From the human T2T-CHM13v2.0 reference genome, Homo sapiens: a stretch of DNA of 64,000 nucleotides. Positions 1 through 12,545 of the stretch are shown piece by piece. Made by a program: the position numbers and the translations under genes. The notes below the pieces were generated by a model, which ran no database searches, was not told the DNA's origin, and worked only from the letters and a program-made list of their open reading frames with translations. The stretch is taken from NCBI RefSeq assembly GCF_009914755.1, contig NC_060926.1. The stretch is one strand, 5' to 3'. Positions within the stretch are counted from its first letter, which is position 1, and the number at the start of each line of letters is the position of its first letter.

Positions 1-499
1 CCATAAAGACACATGCACACGTATGTTCATTGCAGCGCTATTCACAATAGCAAAGACTTGGAACCAGCCCAAATACACATCAATGATAGACTAAATAAAG
101 AAAATGTGGCACATATACACTATGGAACACTATGCAGCCATAAAAAAGAATGAGTTTATGTCCTTTGCAGGGACATGGATGAAGCTGGAAACCATCATTC
201 TCAGAAAACTAACATAGGAACAGGAACCAAACACCGCATGTCCTCACTCATGGGTGGGAGTTAGTTGAACAATGAGAACACATGGACACAGGGAGGTGGG
301 CATCACACGCAGGGACCTGTCGGTGGGTAGGGGGCAAAGGAAGGGAGAACATTGGGAAAAGTGCCTAATGCATGCGGAGCTTAAGACCTGGATGATGGGT
401 TGATGGATGCAGCAGATCATCATGGCACATGTATACCTGTGTAGCAAACCTGCACGTCCTGCACATGTATCCCAGAACTTAAAGTTTAATTTAAAAAAA
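1..499 (+). mobile_element. L1PA 3' end
   Basis: ORF2 C-terminal sequence, L1 3'UTR and A-rich tail. Confidence 0.92.
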
Positions 500-1061
500 T
501 CTGTGTGTGAAAATAAAAAAGCTGAATGAATTGAATTTCCTCTATTGTGTTCATGCTTGGCTTAGACAAAAGAAAATGAAGCGAACGTGTATTAGAAGAA
601 AAATGTAGGGACATCTCTCAAGAAAACAAATATGGAACATAGTTGAGAACATTGTGACTTACAATGTCTAGATATACATGCTTTACAAATTAATGCCTTT
701 TGATATTGTCCATGATAAATAATTATTGGTTACACATAAAAATATAGAGATAAGTCTAGAAGGGACCTTGAGATATTAATGTTATATACCACAATCTCTA
801 TATTTAGTCACAAGTTAATATGTCAATATGTTTTTAATGTTAAACAAAGAAAATTATTTGGTACTCTTTGGTCACTCTTTCCAATGTTTAAAACACCATG
901 ATTCTAAAATTTTTATACATGGTTTATCCTAATATTCTCAAATATTTCTTAAATTTTTGTTATTACCATCTAAGATTCTGAAGAAATTGCTGAATTTCTT
1001 TAAAAGTGAATTTTATGAGTAGTACCTTCAATAGTGAGTGTCTACTTATTTAGTACTTTAC

Positions 1062-1158
1062 CTTCCTTATGTCTGAGAGTAGCATCTTCCAACACATCCA
1101 ATGATGTGTCTGTGGAAATTGGTGACCTTTTCTTCATTTCTATTTGTATGGTCTTGGC
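1062..1158 (-). CDS. SCN7A: SCN7A coding exon 10 (DI-DII linker): AKTIQIEMKKRSPISTDTSLDVLEDATLRHKE; gene continues beyond the window start
   Basis: Acceptor ccttttcAG, 97 nt, donor G|GTAAAG. Phase 0 join with the previous exon. Confidence 0.93.
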
Positions 1159-1264
1159 CTGAAAAGGAATTTGATGGTTTAATACTGGCTTCCTGTCTTT
1201 GCAGGTCCAAGACTATAAGAAGGTGCACAGCCTTGCTAAAAATGCCACTTATTCTCCCGGAGCC

Positions 1265-2025
1265 TTTTCTTTTTATTAAATTGATACATAATCATTGTAC
1301 ATATTTGAGGGGTATATGTGGTATTTTCATACATGCATACAATGTATAATGATCAAGTCAGGTTAATTGGAATACATATCATCTGAAACATTTATCTTTT
1401 CTTTGTATTGATAACATTTCAATTCCTCTCCTACAGCTATTTTGAACTATATAATAAATTATTAATTAGAGTCACTGTACTATACTATTGAACACTAGAT
1501 CTTATTCCTTCTATTTAACCATATTTTTTGTAGCCATTGGCTAACCTCTCTTCATACCCCCTCATACATACCCTTTGCAGGCTCTGGTAACCACCAATAA
1601 ACTATCTACTTTTATGAGATCCACATTTTTAGCTCCCACATATGACTGAAAACATGTGAAGTTGGTCTTTCTGTGCCTGGCTTATTTCACTTAACATAAC
1701 CTCAAGTTCCATCCATGTTGCTGCAAATGACAAGACTTTATTCTTTTTAATGGCTGAATAATACTCCATTGTGTATATACTATATTTTATTTATTCATGT
1801 GTCCATTGATAGACACTTAAGTTTATTCATGTCTTGGCTATTGTGAATAATACTGTAATAAACATGGGAGTACAGATATTTCTTCAATATGCTGACTTTC
1901 TTTCTTTTGAGTACATACCCTGCAGTGGGATCCCTGGATGATATGGTAGCTCTATTTTTAGTTTTTTGAGGAACCTCCATACTGTTTCCATAATGGCTGT
2001 ACTAACTTACAATCCCACTAATAGC
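1265..2025 (-). mobile_element. Old L1 (L1MA-like) 3' end
   Basis: T-rich start, reverse-strand L1 3'UTR and ORF2 end. Confidence 0.85.
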
Positions 2026-3087
2026 GTTCCAAAAGAATTTTTGGGTTTTATCACTTGCCAATCTTTAGGCAGTTATTAAACTGATTTAGGAGTTCTTAAA
2101 ATTAAATAAAATTTTATACTGTGAGGTCTGAGGTCAAATACAAAAGGAGCAAGACCAGGAAATGGTTGTGGTATGATCCATATTTGACAAGTAATTCAAT
2201 ATATAGTTTAGGATTATTGCAAAGTATCAAATCAGGAAACATAGTACTAAGTAATAACAGAGTATTTTTCTAACATCTTAAACTTTTTTAGGATAATGTT
2301 AACTTTATAACTTTGTAAATGCTCTTGACAAAATAAAAAATTATTTGGCATTGTGATAAGTCTTGAAGAATAACAAGTAATGGAATGGATTTATAAGGGT
2401 TGTCTTAGATAGACCATGTATGATATTAAATGAGTAGGACAGGCATAATTCTGTAAGATAATTACTTATTTTTGTTTATCATGTCTCTTGAATAATGGTT
2501 TTAAGAGATCTTCTGCTTTACTGATTTTACATTGGTAAGACAGTTAAAACTCCCAGGCTTTGTTGTAGATATTACAAATTCTATGCATTGATAACTCTCA
2601 GGAGTGTGGCCATAGATGTTTCCAGTGATCAGATGTAAAACAGTATTTGAATTTAAATTTTTAGAACCAGACAATGGATGGATGATATTACACTATAGTG
2701 ATCCCTGTTTTTACATTTGACACAAGCAAAGGATGATATATCTGTATATTTGTTAACTTGAGGTAAAGGCTGCTCTTGAATAGAGTTAACTGACATAGGG
2801 GCTGCCACTGTCCCAGCACTGAGGGAGTTAATGGTTGAGGCTTGCCAATACCCAACCCAACATTCTGGTTGGCAAGTTCTGCTGTGGTATATCTTAAATG
2901 GCATAATAGATACCATGGAAATCATTATATTATTTCACTATCAGTCAAGCCCCCTGTAATTTCACAAATACTAGAGCTAGAGGAGGATAAAGCCAATTAT
3001 ACTGCATACTGTGTTTCCTCAGACCAGCGACAGACTCTGCAGGTCTACAGAGCTCCAGTTCCTCTTTTTTTTCCAGTGGGTAAAGTA

Positions 3088-3948
3088 CCTGAACAGACAC
3101 TTCCCCAAAGAAGGTATACTGTGGTCAACACATACATGATAAAATGCTCAACCTCAGTAATCATTAGAGAAAAGAAAGTCAAAACCACAATAAGAAATCA
3201 TCTCCCACCAGTAAGAAGGACTATTACTAAAAAGACCAAAAAAAACAAAAACAAAAACAAAAACAAAACAGATGTTGGTGAGGTTGTGGAGAAATTGGAA
3301 TGCTTGTACACTGCTAGTGGGAATGTAAGTTCAGCCAATGTGGAAAGCAGTTTGGATATTTCTCAAATAACTTAAAACAGAGTTACCATTAGAGCCAGCA
3401 CCCCCAATACTGAGTATATACCCAAAGGAATATAAATCATTCTACCAAAAAGACACACTCACTTGTATGTTAATCACAGCACTATTCACAACAGCAAGGA
3501 CAAGGGATCAATCCAGATGCCCATTAACAGTAGACTAAATAAAGAAAATGTAGTACCCTGGAATACTATACCACTCTAAAGAAGAACAAAATCATGTCCT
3601 TTGCAGCTTGATGAACATGGACGCAGCTGGAGTCCATTATCCTAAGCCAGTTAATGCAGGAACAGAAAACCAAATACCATACGTTCTCACTTTTAAGTGA
3701 CAGCTAAACTTTGTGTACACATGGACATTAAGATGGGAACAACAGACATCGGGCACTGGGGACTACTAGAGGGGGAAGGCTTGCGGGTGGGCAAGGGTTG
3801 AAGGACTGCCTATCGCTCACTACCTGGGTGATAGGATCATTCCTACACCAAACCTCAGTGACATGCAATTTGCCCATGTAACGCCTGCACATGTACCCTC
3901 GAATCTAAAATAAAAGTTGAGAAAAAGAAAAGAAATTTAAAAAAAAAG
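3088..3948 (+). mobile_element. L1PB/old L1PA 3' end with internal (CAAAAA)n
   Basis: Decayed ORF2 C-terminus (KCSTSVIIRE...), 3'UTR, A-rich tail. Confidence 0.88.
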
Positions 3949-3969
3949 TAATCTAAAAGTTCAGGATGT

Positions 3970-4299
<330 letters not shown>

Positions 4300-6599
4300 C
4301 TAGAAACTATTCTTAGCTGAACTATAAGATTACATAAAATGTAAGTTGTAATTTATGCAATTCCAAATTTTCGTGAGATTAAAAACCAATAGAAGTAATT
4401 TTTTGTTATTAAGATCCGACGGGGATTTCTTATATGTATCTCTCATAAAGATGACACTGTGTGACATATTGAATAATATCCTTGAATATATCCTTAATTG
4501 AGATGAATTAATTACTCTTCATAGAGCTGTTTCAGATAGGGACAATGTTTGTTGGAATCGCATTAAGAAGCAATTCAGTAAAGATAACTGTCCAGGGTTG
4601 GGGAATGGGGAATAAAGTACATGGTAATAATATTGTCGTTGATAAAGTCAGTGCTCAATTCTCTACTAATTTGGCTTCAACTATGGATAGATTTTAGAAT
4701 ATGAAATGAATAAACCACAGGTCTGTCTAGTAATATATTTACCTTGATTGAGCTTCTTATAAATACTGAATAAATGCCCACACATTGGTCAAATACTAAG
4801 GATATAGCTATTTTACAGTGAAAATTGAGAGGATTGTTACTCAACACCCTTCCTCTGTGGATATTTAAGAGCTAATAAGGGCATATGCCTGAACTTTTGA
4901 CAACCCAATATTAAAATTAAACTGGAAAAGGGGGCTAGGATTCTTTTTCTCAAAACTAGTTTAAGTATTTTTTGGAGGGGAGGTAGTAATAAGGAAGAAC
5001 TTAGTCACATGTCTCACATTTACCTGAATATCTGACAAGTTTGTCATGGACTCAGGGTTACTCTTTCCTGCAGCCATGCTGGCCTTTTTACTTCTCTGAC
5101 TCACCCTGCCCACTCCATCTATTTAGCCTGGACACATTCTTCACATCTCAACTGAAGTGTCAGTTTCTCATAGAAACCTTTTCCGACTCAGAGAATCCTT
5201 TACAAAAGGCCCTCAAAGGACCATGCCTCTCTGCTTCATTCCACTTGCCCCAGTTTCCTTTAATTTATTAAAGCAGAGAATAATGTGAACCACCAAGTAA
5301 CTAATATCCAGCCTCAACAATTATTAGTGGTCTATTTTTCCTTTTTCATTTATTCACTCTACTTATTTTCTGAAATATTTATTTTAAATAAATTTCAGAG
5401 ATAATACACTTTTCAGATAAAATATTAAAAATATAAATCACAACACCATTATCACAATTAGCAAAATTAGTAATTCCTTAATACTAACCAATACTCAAAT
5501 TATACTCAATTTAATTACTCAAAAACATCATTACAGTTGATTTGTTCTAATCAAAATACAAACAAGGTCCAAACATTTACTTGGCAGTTTTATCAATTAT
5601 CTTGTAATTTTAATTTATTTTTTCCAACATGATTTATTTTTTAAAGATTCTGGGTTGTTTATACTTTAGACTTTTTCACATTCTTTATTTGGAAGATTAT
5701 ATCATTTCAGTGTAATTTAATGTATTCCTCTCTTACAGTCTCTGAGAAAAAAAAGCAATTGGATCAAGATGCTTATTAGACTTAAATTTTAGGAAGAATA
5801 TACTGTATCTGGTATTTTGTGTTTTCTATTCCATAATAGCTAGAAACACATAATTTTTTGTCCTTCAGATACAATTTAGTGTTTATGATAATTTGATAGT
5901 CTATCTATCCATTAGACAATTAGCTTCATGAAGATAGACACTCTATTTGTATTTATTAAAACTCTTTATATCCAGTGCTTTGTACAATTGTCAATCATTT
6001 TTTAATTCGTTACATGAATTATGACTATCATTTTAATGTGGCAAATATTTTTTAAAAATATTTGTATTTCTACAATTTTATATACATGATTATCTTCCTG
6101 AGATTTTGCCAGTAGTTGACAATTCATAAGAAAGTTTCACCTGCAAGGAATGAAACTGTTTCAGCACTGAACCTCCAGAACCAGGAAGTGAAGTGGTAAA
6201 TGATGGATTGTATTCCTCAGTGTTGTGAAATCAAATATCAGTGAGTATAGATCAATCTCTGCAGCTGGAACTCCTCAATAAGGATTAAACTTGAAAATTC
6301 ATGATGGTACTTATCATATGTCTGGTGCATATCTGACACTCAATAAACATTTTATGTGACTGCTATCGTCATTTTTATTGTTATTTTAATTATCCCTAAA
6401 TATAGTCAAAGACAAGAATTTTATGTTGCTGGGTGTTTCTCTGTTGAAACAGCCATGCGTTCTTGTGTTTGCCTTGTTGTGTTATCTATAATTAACGAGT
6501 GATTATTTATGAACTTTATTAACATGAATTACATTTTATAGTATAATAACATAAACATTTTAATATCTTGTTTAATATTATGGCTAGTTCTACATTTCC

Positions 6600-7170
6600 C
6601 ACTTTGGAGACTGAACCTCAGTTTTCTTATGTGAAATATTGAGATAATTCCAGTACCTCAAAGGGTTGTCACAGTAGAAAGGCAACAGTGTATGTAAAAA
6701 TTTAGCATAGAGTCTGAAACACAGTAAATAAGCAATAAATGTTGCATGATATTAATGTTATTATATTGTTATGAGATAATTCACTTCTAAAATGTGAGTT
6801 TATTCAATCTGACTTTTTCCATAAAAATCAAGTGTTCTTAATATAGATTGCTGACCGCAATAGTTTGTATAAAAGCTATCTTCTACATGATGCATAATAT
6901 TGACATGTCATAATAATTTTATTAATAGTCTTCATAAAATTTTTTCAGTTGCTTAGTATAGTGTAAGCACAGCTTAGTGCTTTACATGCATTTATTTCAT
7001 TTGGACCTCACTACAACCCATAAGATAGGTTCTTTATATACATTTTACAGATAAAAAAGTTGAAGTTTAGAAAAGCTAACAAACTTGGCAAACATCATTC
7101 ATCTATTAAGTAGCTAAATTAGGCTGAAATCCATATTTATCTAACTGCAGAGCTGTGCTTTTAGCCAATA
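6600..7170. mobile_element. Two MIR fragments (~6600-6760 and ~6940-7170, opposite orientations)
   Basis: MIR core-like motifs (ctgaacctcagttttctt; cattttacagat...gaagtttagaaa). Confidence 0.6.
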
Positions 7171-8221
7171 TGACCAACAGTTTTCCTATAACATGAGGAT
7201 ATGAAGCACCTAAGCAATATCCCGGCAATTCCAGCATCAGAACTGACATCTGACTGGTTTGCAAGCAGATCAGTGACCTGTAGAGCCCTCAGTTTGTTCC
7301 ATTTTACATTATTTTTTCTAATTTTTTGTATTTATAAATAAAAGAGGAAAATTCTTGTACAAATAATGTATACTCTTACTTCCTAGAAAATTCTTCATGA
7401 TAAAATGTTCTAGGAATCTTCCAGGAAAAGAAATGGGTTATAATTAAACATTTTAATAAAAATCAGAAAATGGGATCCAGAGCAGAAAAATGAGTGGAAA
7501 TATGGTAAAATTGGGAAATATCCAAGTTCTTCATAAGAAGAGTTAATAAAACATTTCATCTGGGATCAGAGAAGTATTGTTACATTCTTGGATACAATTG
7601 AGTGCAGCCATAAGCCCTTAAGATTGTGAAATGCCACTTCAGAACAAATTACACATTCAACATATCATTCAAACCCTAATCACTCAATCTGAAGGACCCC
7701 GGACTCATTTCTTAGAAACAGAAAGCTTTTGAAATTTGTTTTTCTGTGGCTTACTCATATATAATGGGAATACTCAATAGGCTTTTTTATACATGTTTTC
7801 TTCACACAGTCCACAACTGCTTCTTGTTCAATGGTATGCATGTTATGGACACAAGTAGCTATAGAGTCATTCAGTATGATCTTACATCATGTCGTTCAGA
7901 TTCCACCTTTTGGTACAATAGCTTTCTAAAGCTTCTTGACTGGTCATGACTTAATAAAAGGGTTATATACAGGGGAGTTAACATTTCCCTCTTTGACTTA
8001 GTAGGGACCTTTGGTATTAATGTACCTTACTATATATTCCACTTCGTGGCAGAGTGTATCTCGGCCCTTCACTTTTCCCCTTGTCTTTTTATCTCTTTAT
8101 AGAGAGGGCTCCGGGTATGGCTTCTCTCTATTTTTCGTTCTCTGGCTCAATATAGACCTTTTTCCCATTTATCAGAAAGGTAGTTCAAAGAAGAGATGTG
8201 AGATTGCCAGGTCCTGCAGAA

Positions 8222-8386
8222 TATTAGAAAGCTACTTCTGTTTGCTTTCTACCATCTGGTCCTTTCTTTAAGCACACTTATGGCAGTTTAGATTTTTAAA
8301 GACAATTTTCGAAAACTTCCTTAATGCTACTTCTGTCAATACTTTCAAACTAATAGACCAAAGTTTTTGCTATGAGGCTAAAGAAT
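8222..8386 (-). pseudogene. Decayed fossil of the first DI-DII linker exon (Nav1.7/SCN9A-like)
   Basis: Acceptor tttttttcAG at 8387. 8343-8284 reads SIDRSSIKEVFENCL*KSKL versus Nav1.7 [20 protein letters not shown] without gaps, then frameshifted KCA-KER...QK*LSN versus KSAKER...QKKLSS. Confidence 0.75.
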
Positions 8387-8817
8387 CTGAAAAAAATATT
8401 AAAGCACAACACTAAGGTAATTGACAATTACAGTAAAACATTGTTAGGCTTTATTAATCTGGATTTAATTATTTCAGGAATAAAATAATTCCCTGTACTA
8501 TGATACATAGTGCATTTCCTCTGGAAAGAACTAGAAAGCCAATAAAGTAATTTTATTTCTGTCTACAACTTCAGTACTGTAATTTTATCCATCCTTTTAG
8601 TACTTTCTAATTTCTAAATTATGGAAGGTTCTGTCACTTTTGCATTAACACCAGACATTTTTCAAAGTTGTAGCAAAAGCAAGCTCTCTTATTGAAATAT
8701 TTTTTGATCTTCTGATTATGTACCACACACAGATATAAACATCTATTAGAAGGCAATGTACTCCAAGACCTTAAAAAGACACCTCTAGCACTGTGATTTT
8801 AAGAAGCATTAGAAAAA

Positions 8818-9154
8818 AAAAAATGAAACCATGTCATTTGCAGCAACATGGATGCAGCTGGAGGCCATTATCCTAAGTGAATTAACACAGGAACAGAAAA
8901 CTAAATACTGCATGTTCTCAGTTACTAAGTGGGGGCTCAGCACTGGGCAAACATGGACCTAATAATGGGAACAACAGACCTTGGGGACTACTAGAGGGGG
9001 AAGAGAAGGGGAAGGGCAAGGGCTGAAAAACTGCTTGTTGGGTACCAAACGCTACCTGGGTGATGGGATCATTTGTACCCCAAGCCTCACTGTCACACAA
9101 TATACCCACATAACAAACCTGCACATGTAGCCCCTGAATCTAAAAGTTGAAATT
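8818..9154 (+). mobile_element. Old L1PA/L1PB 3' end whose tail hosts a younger L1
   Basis: L1 3'UTR ending ...gaatctaaaagttgaaatt. The A-rich tail resumes at 9872. Confidence 0.85.
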
Positions 9155-9862
9155 TTGAGATATGTTCCATCAATACCTAGTTTATTGAGTGTTTTTAGCA
9201 TGAAGGGGTGTTGAATTTTATCGAAGGCCCTTTCTGCATCTATTGAGATAATCATGTGGTTTTTGCCACTGATTCTGTTTATGTGATGGATTACATTTAT
9301 TGTTTTACTTATTTTGAACCAGGCTTGCATCCCAGATATGAAGCCGACTTGATCATGGAGGATAAGCTTTTTAATGTGCTGCTGGATTTGGTTTGCCAGT
9401 ATCGTTAGACTACATAAAGAAAATGTGGCACATATACACCATGAAATACTATGCAACCATGAAATACTATGCAGCCATGAAAAAGAATGAGTTCACATCC
9501 TTTGCAGGGATATGGATGAAGCTGGAAACCATCATTCTTAGCAAACTAACACAGGAAAAGAAGACCAAACACCGCATGTTCTCACTCATAAGTGGAAGTT
9601 GAACAATGAGAGCACATGGGCACAGGGAGGGGAACATCACACATCAGGACCTGTCGGGGGTGGGGGCAAGGGGAGCAATAGCATTAGGAGAAATATCTAA
9701 TGTAGATGACAGGTTGATGGGTGTGGCAAACCACCATGGCAGATGTATACCTATGTAACAAACCTGCACGTTCTAGGCATATATCCAGAACTGGACATAT
9801 ATCCAGTATAATAATAATAAAAAGATGCTCTAATAAAGCAACTATTTAAAATTCCAAAAAGG
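9155..9862 (+). mobile_element. 5'-inverted L1PA with probable short 3' transduction
   Basis: Antisense RT-domain segment 9155-9402, sense 3' end 9403-9823, extra 9824-9860 with AATAAA. TSD gttgaaatt (9146-9154, 9863-9871). Confidence 0.85.
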
Positions 9863-9968
9863 GTTGAAATTATAAAAAATTTAAAAATTTAAAACTGCAT
9901 AGAAAAATAAAAGAACACCACCATCACTGAGAAAAGGAACTAAAACCCAAACAAAAAAATATCATAAG

Positions 9969-10253
9969 TGTGGTAGATTATTTGCAAAAATGGCCACAAA
10001 TTTCCTTCTTTTTATTTATACCCTTAGGAAATCTCTTTCCACCTTAACTCTAACCTTGGCCATGTTACTTGCTTTACCCACTGGACAATAACAAATGTTG
10101 ACACAAGCAGAGCCTTAAAGCACTTGGCATGGTGCTTGCTCCCCTGCTGTTTTTTGGAATCTGTGACCACCATGGGACCAGCAATGAACTGTCTTAACAG
10201 AGCCTAAGCCATAGAATCATGAGCAAATAAATGATTGCTGTTTCAAGACTAAA
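9969..10253 (+). mobile_element. MaLR (MLT1-type) LTR fragment
   Basis: TGTGGTAGATT...AAAATGGCCACA start and AATAAATGATTGCTGTTT end region typical of MLT1 LTRs. Confidence 0.65.
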
Positions 10254-10254
10254 A

Positions 10255-10273
10255 TATATATATATATATATAT

Positions 10274-10308
<35 letters not shown>

Positions 10309-10314
10309 TAGATA
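10255..10314. repeat. Compound STR (TA)11(GATA)8TA(GATA) overlapping a splice donor
   Basis: Read directly from the sequence. Confidence 0.95.
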
Positions 10315-10315
10315 C

Positions 10316-10522
10316 CTCATCTGTTTCATTTCCTTCTTGAAGTTCTTTTCCAGTCTGTTGAAATTTTGGTTCAATCTTCTTAGATATTTCACCAACTCTC
10401 TGCTTTTCTTCTTCATAGGCCATGGCAAGTATGCCTAAGAACAAACTTGCCATATAAAAGGAAAACAAAAAACTTACCACCACAAAAAATATCATGTAGA
10501 CCTTCCCAGAAGCATAAAGTAT
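10316..10522 (-). CDS. SCN7A: SCN7A coding exon 9 (DI S6): ILYASGKVYMIFFVVVSFLFSFYMASLFLGILAMAYEEE...GNETDE
   Basis: Acceptor ttccttAG, 207 nt, donor GAG|GTATCT. AMAYEE motif. Confidence 0.96.
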
Positions 10523-11595
10523 CTAAGGAAAGGTAGAAAGTAAGGCAAAAGAGTAAAATGTTATTTATCTTCCAGGATTCTCCTATTTTAAAATAAAAGG
10601 CAAAATTTTATTAGGAAAATAATATAGTCATAAATGGAATGTAATCATAAGACTGTTTAAGCACTGGCTCCACCTGAAGAAATAAATGAAAACCTTTTGA
10701 ACTTGAGACCTGCATGTAAGGTATACAATATATGCTGTAAAACCAAGGGAAAATTAGTAATTTAATTAACTTAAGGTAAGTATTCGATTTTTATGTCTTC
10801 ATTGATAGAGAAAATACATTTGAAATAATTGTCATCTCTTGATATAGAAACTGGACAGCCTCAACATGGAAAGTTATTTTCTTTGCAGAAGAATCTTTAA
10901 ATATATGAAGTTTAATGAAGTCAGAGAATGTTTGGAGATTTTTTTTTTCTGATTATTACTTTATGGAAAAATCACAGCAAAGTAAAAAATTAGTCTTTAC
11001 AAGGAATGGAGAGCAGGACTATTTCTTTGCCTGTCAAAGTATCTGCTTTGGTGAAGAACCTTTAGACAAGCTACATGGGGAAGTCAAATTATCCATTTAC
11101 ATGAAGGCATTGCAGTGGATGACATTTATAGATAGCAAAATACAACATTTTAGATTGCCAAACACAGCACTGACTAGCTTTTTATTTCATAATAATTTCC
11201 TAAGACAGATCAGAAAATTAAAAGATTTAAAAAATTATAAGTATAACATTACAAATATAAAATATCCATTGATTTAACCTCATTGATCAAAAGTACATGA
11301 ACAAAATTTAAGGAAACAAATGAGAAATTAAATTAATAGAAAAGTATTATCTACAGAAAATATTGTGTGGATGTAACAATCAAGAATATTTACAGATTAA
11401 TAGAGAGTTCAAACATTCAATGAGAAATAATTTCTTGACCTAGAGTCTATTTGTCTTTAAAAGTATTTTTAATAAGCCCTGTTATCACAGTGAGCAACCT
11501 ATTTAGGATTGGTTAAATATTTTACCACTGAAGTACCTGTTATTTATTGTAGTGCATTCAGCAGTCAGGAATAGGTATTATAAAGTACATTGCAA

Positions 11596-11789
11596 ATCCC
11601 ATCTCTACTAAAAATACAAAAAAAATAGCTGGATGTGGTGGCATTTGCCTGTAGTCCCAGCTACTCAGGAGGCTGAGGTGGGAGGATCACCTGAGCCCAG
11701 GGTGGCTGAGGCTGCTGTGAGCCATGATCACACCACTGAACTCCAGCCTGGGTGACAGAGTGACCATGTATCAAAAAAAAAAAAAAAAG
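11596..11789 (+). mobile_element. 5'-truncated AluJ-like element
   Basis: Alu linker, right arm and poly-A. Confidence 0.85.
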
Positions 11790-11819
11790 TACCCTTTAGG
11801 CCATGCACATCAGTAAATA

Positions 11820-12545
11820 GAGTTGGTTCCAAGTATTCATGGGTTCCATATCTGTGGATTCAACCAACCACGCATCAAAACTATACATATTAAAATTTTA
11901 TCTATATTGAACATATAGACTTTTTATCTTGTCATTATGAACAATATAGTGTAACAACTATACAGTCTCATACCACATAATAACATTTAGGTCAATGACC
12001 AGCAGCATATACAACAGTGATCTCAAAAGATTCCAAAGGAGCTGTTCTATATAGGCATATCAATTTTTTGGTTTTTTATACTATGTTTTTACTGTATCTT
12101 TTATATGCCTACCTATACAAATACTTGGCACAGTGTTCCAATTGCCTACAGTATTCAGTATAATTACATGGTGTACAGGTTTGCCGCCTAGGATCAATAG
12201 GCTATACTATATAGCCTAGGTGTATAGTAGGCTACATCATCCAGGTTTGTGTAAGCACACTCTATGATGTTCACATAATGATGAAATCACCTAATGACAC
12301 ATTTTTCAGAATGTATCCCTGTCATTAAGCAACACATGACTGTATTTACATAGCATTTACATTGTATTAGGTATTATGAGTAATCTAGAGATAATTTAAC
12401 TTATACAGGAGAAAATTTATACAGAAGTATGTAGGTCATATGCAAATTCAATGCCATTTTACATAAGGGACTTGAGAATTCATGGATTTTAGTATCCACC
12501 AGAGGTCCTGGAACTGATCATCCATGAATACTGAAGGATAACTAT
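11820..12545. mobile_element. MER2-like TcMar-Tigger element interrupted by a Tigger3-like MITE (11963-12342)
   Basis: Inner element has CAGTC...GACTG termini flanked by TA duplications. The outer element resumes on both sides. Confidence 0.75.

Noticed and set aside
2842-3375. 177-aa plus-strand ORF
   Set aside because: Non-ATG start; the second half is decayed L1 ORF2 with a (CAAAAA)n tract; no splice or homology support.
10310-10315. GTATCT donor as a GT-AG U12 intron
   Set aside because: U12 donors need RTATCCTT; this continues as STR, and the acceptor at 1159 looks U2-type.
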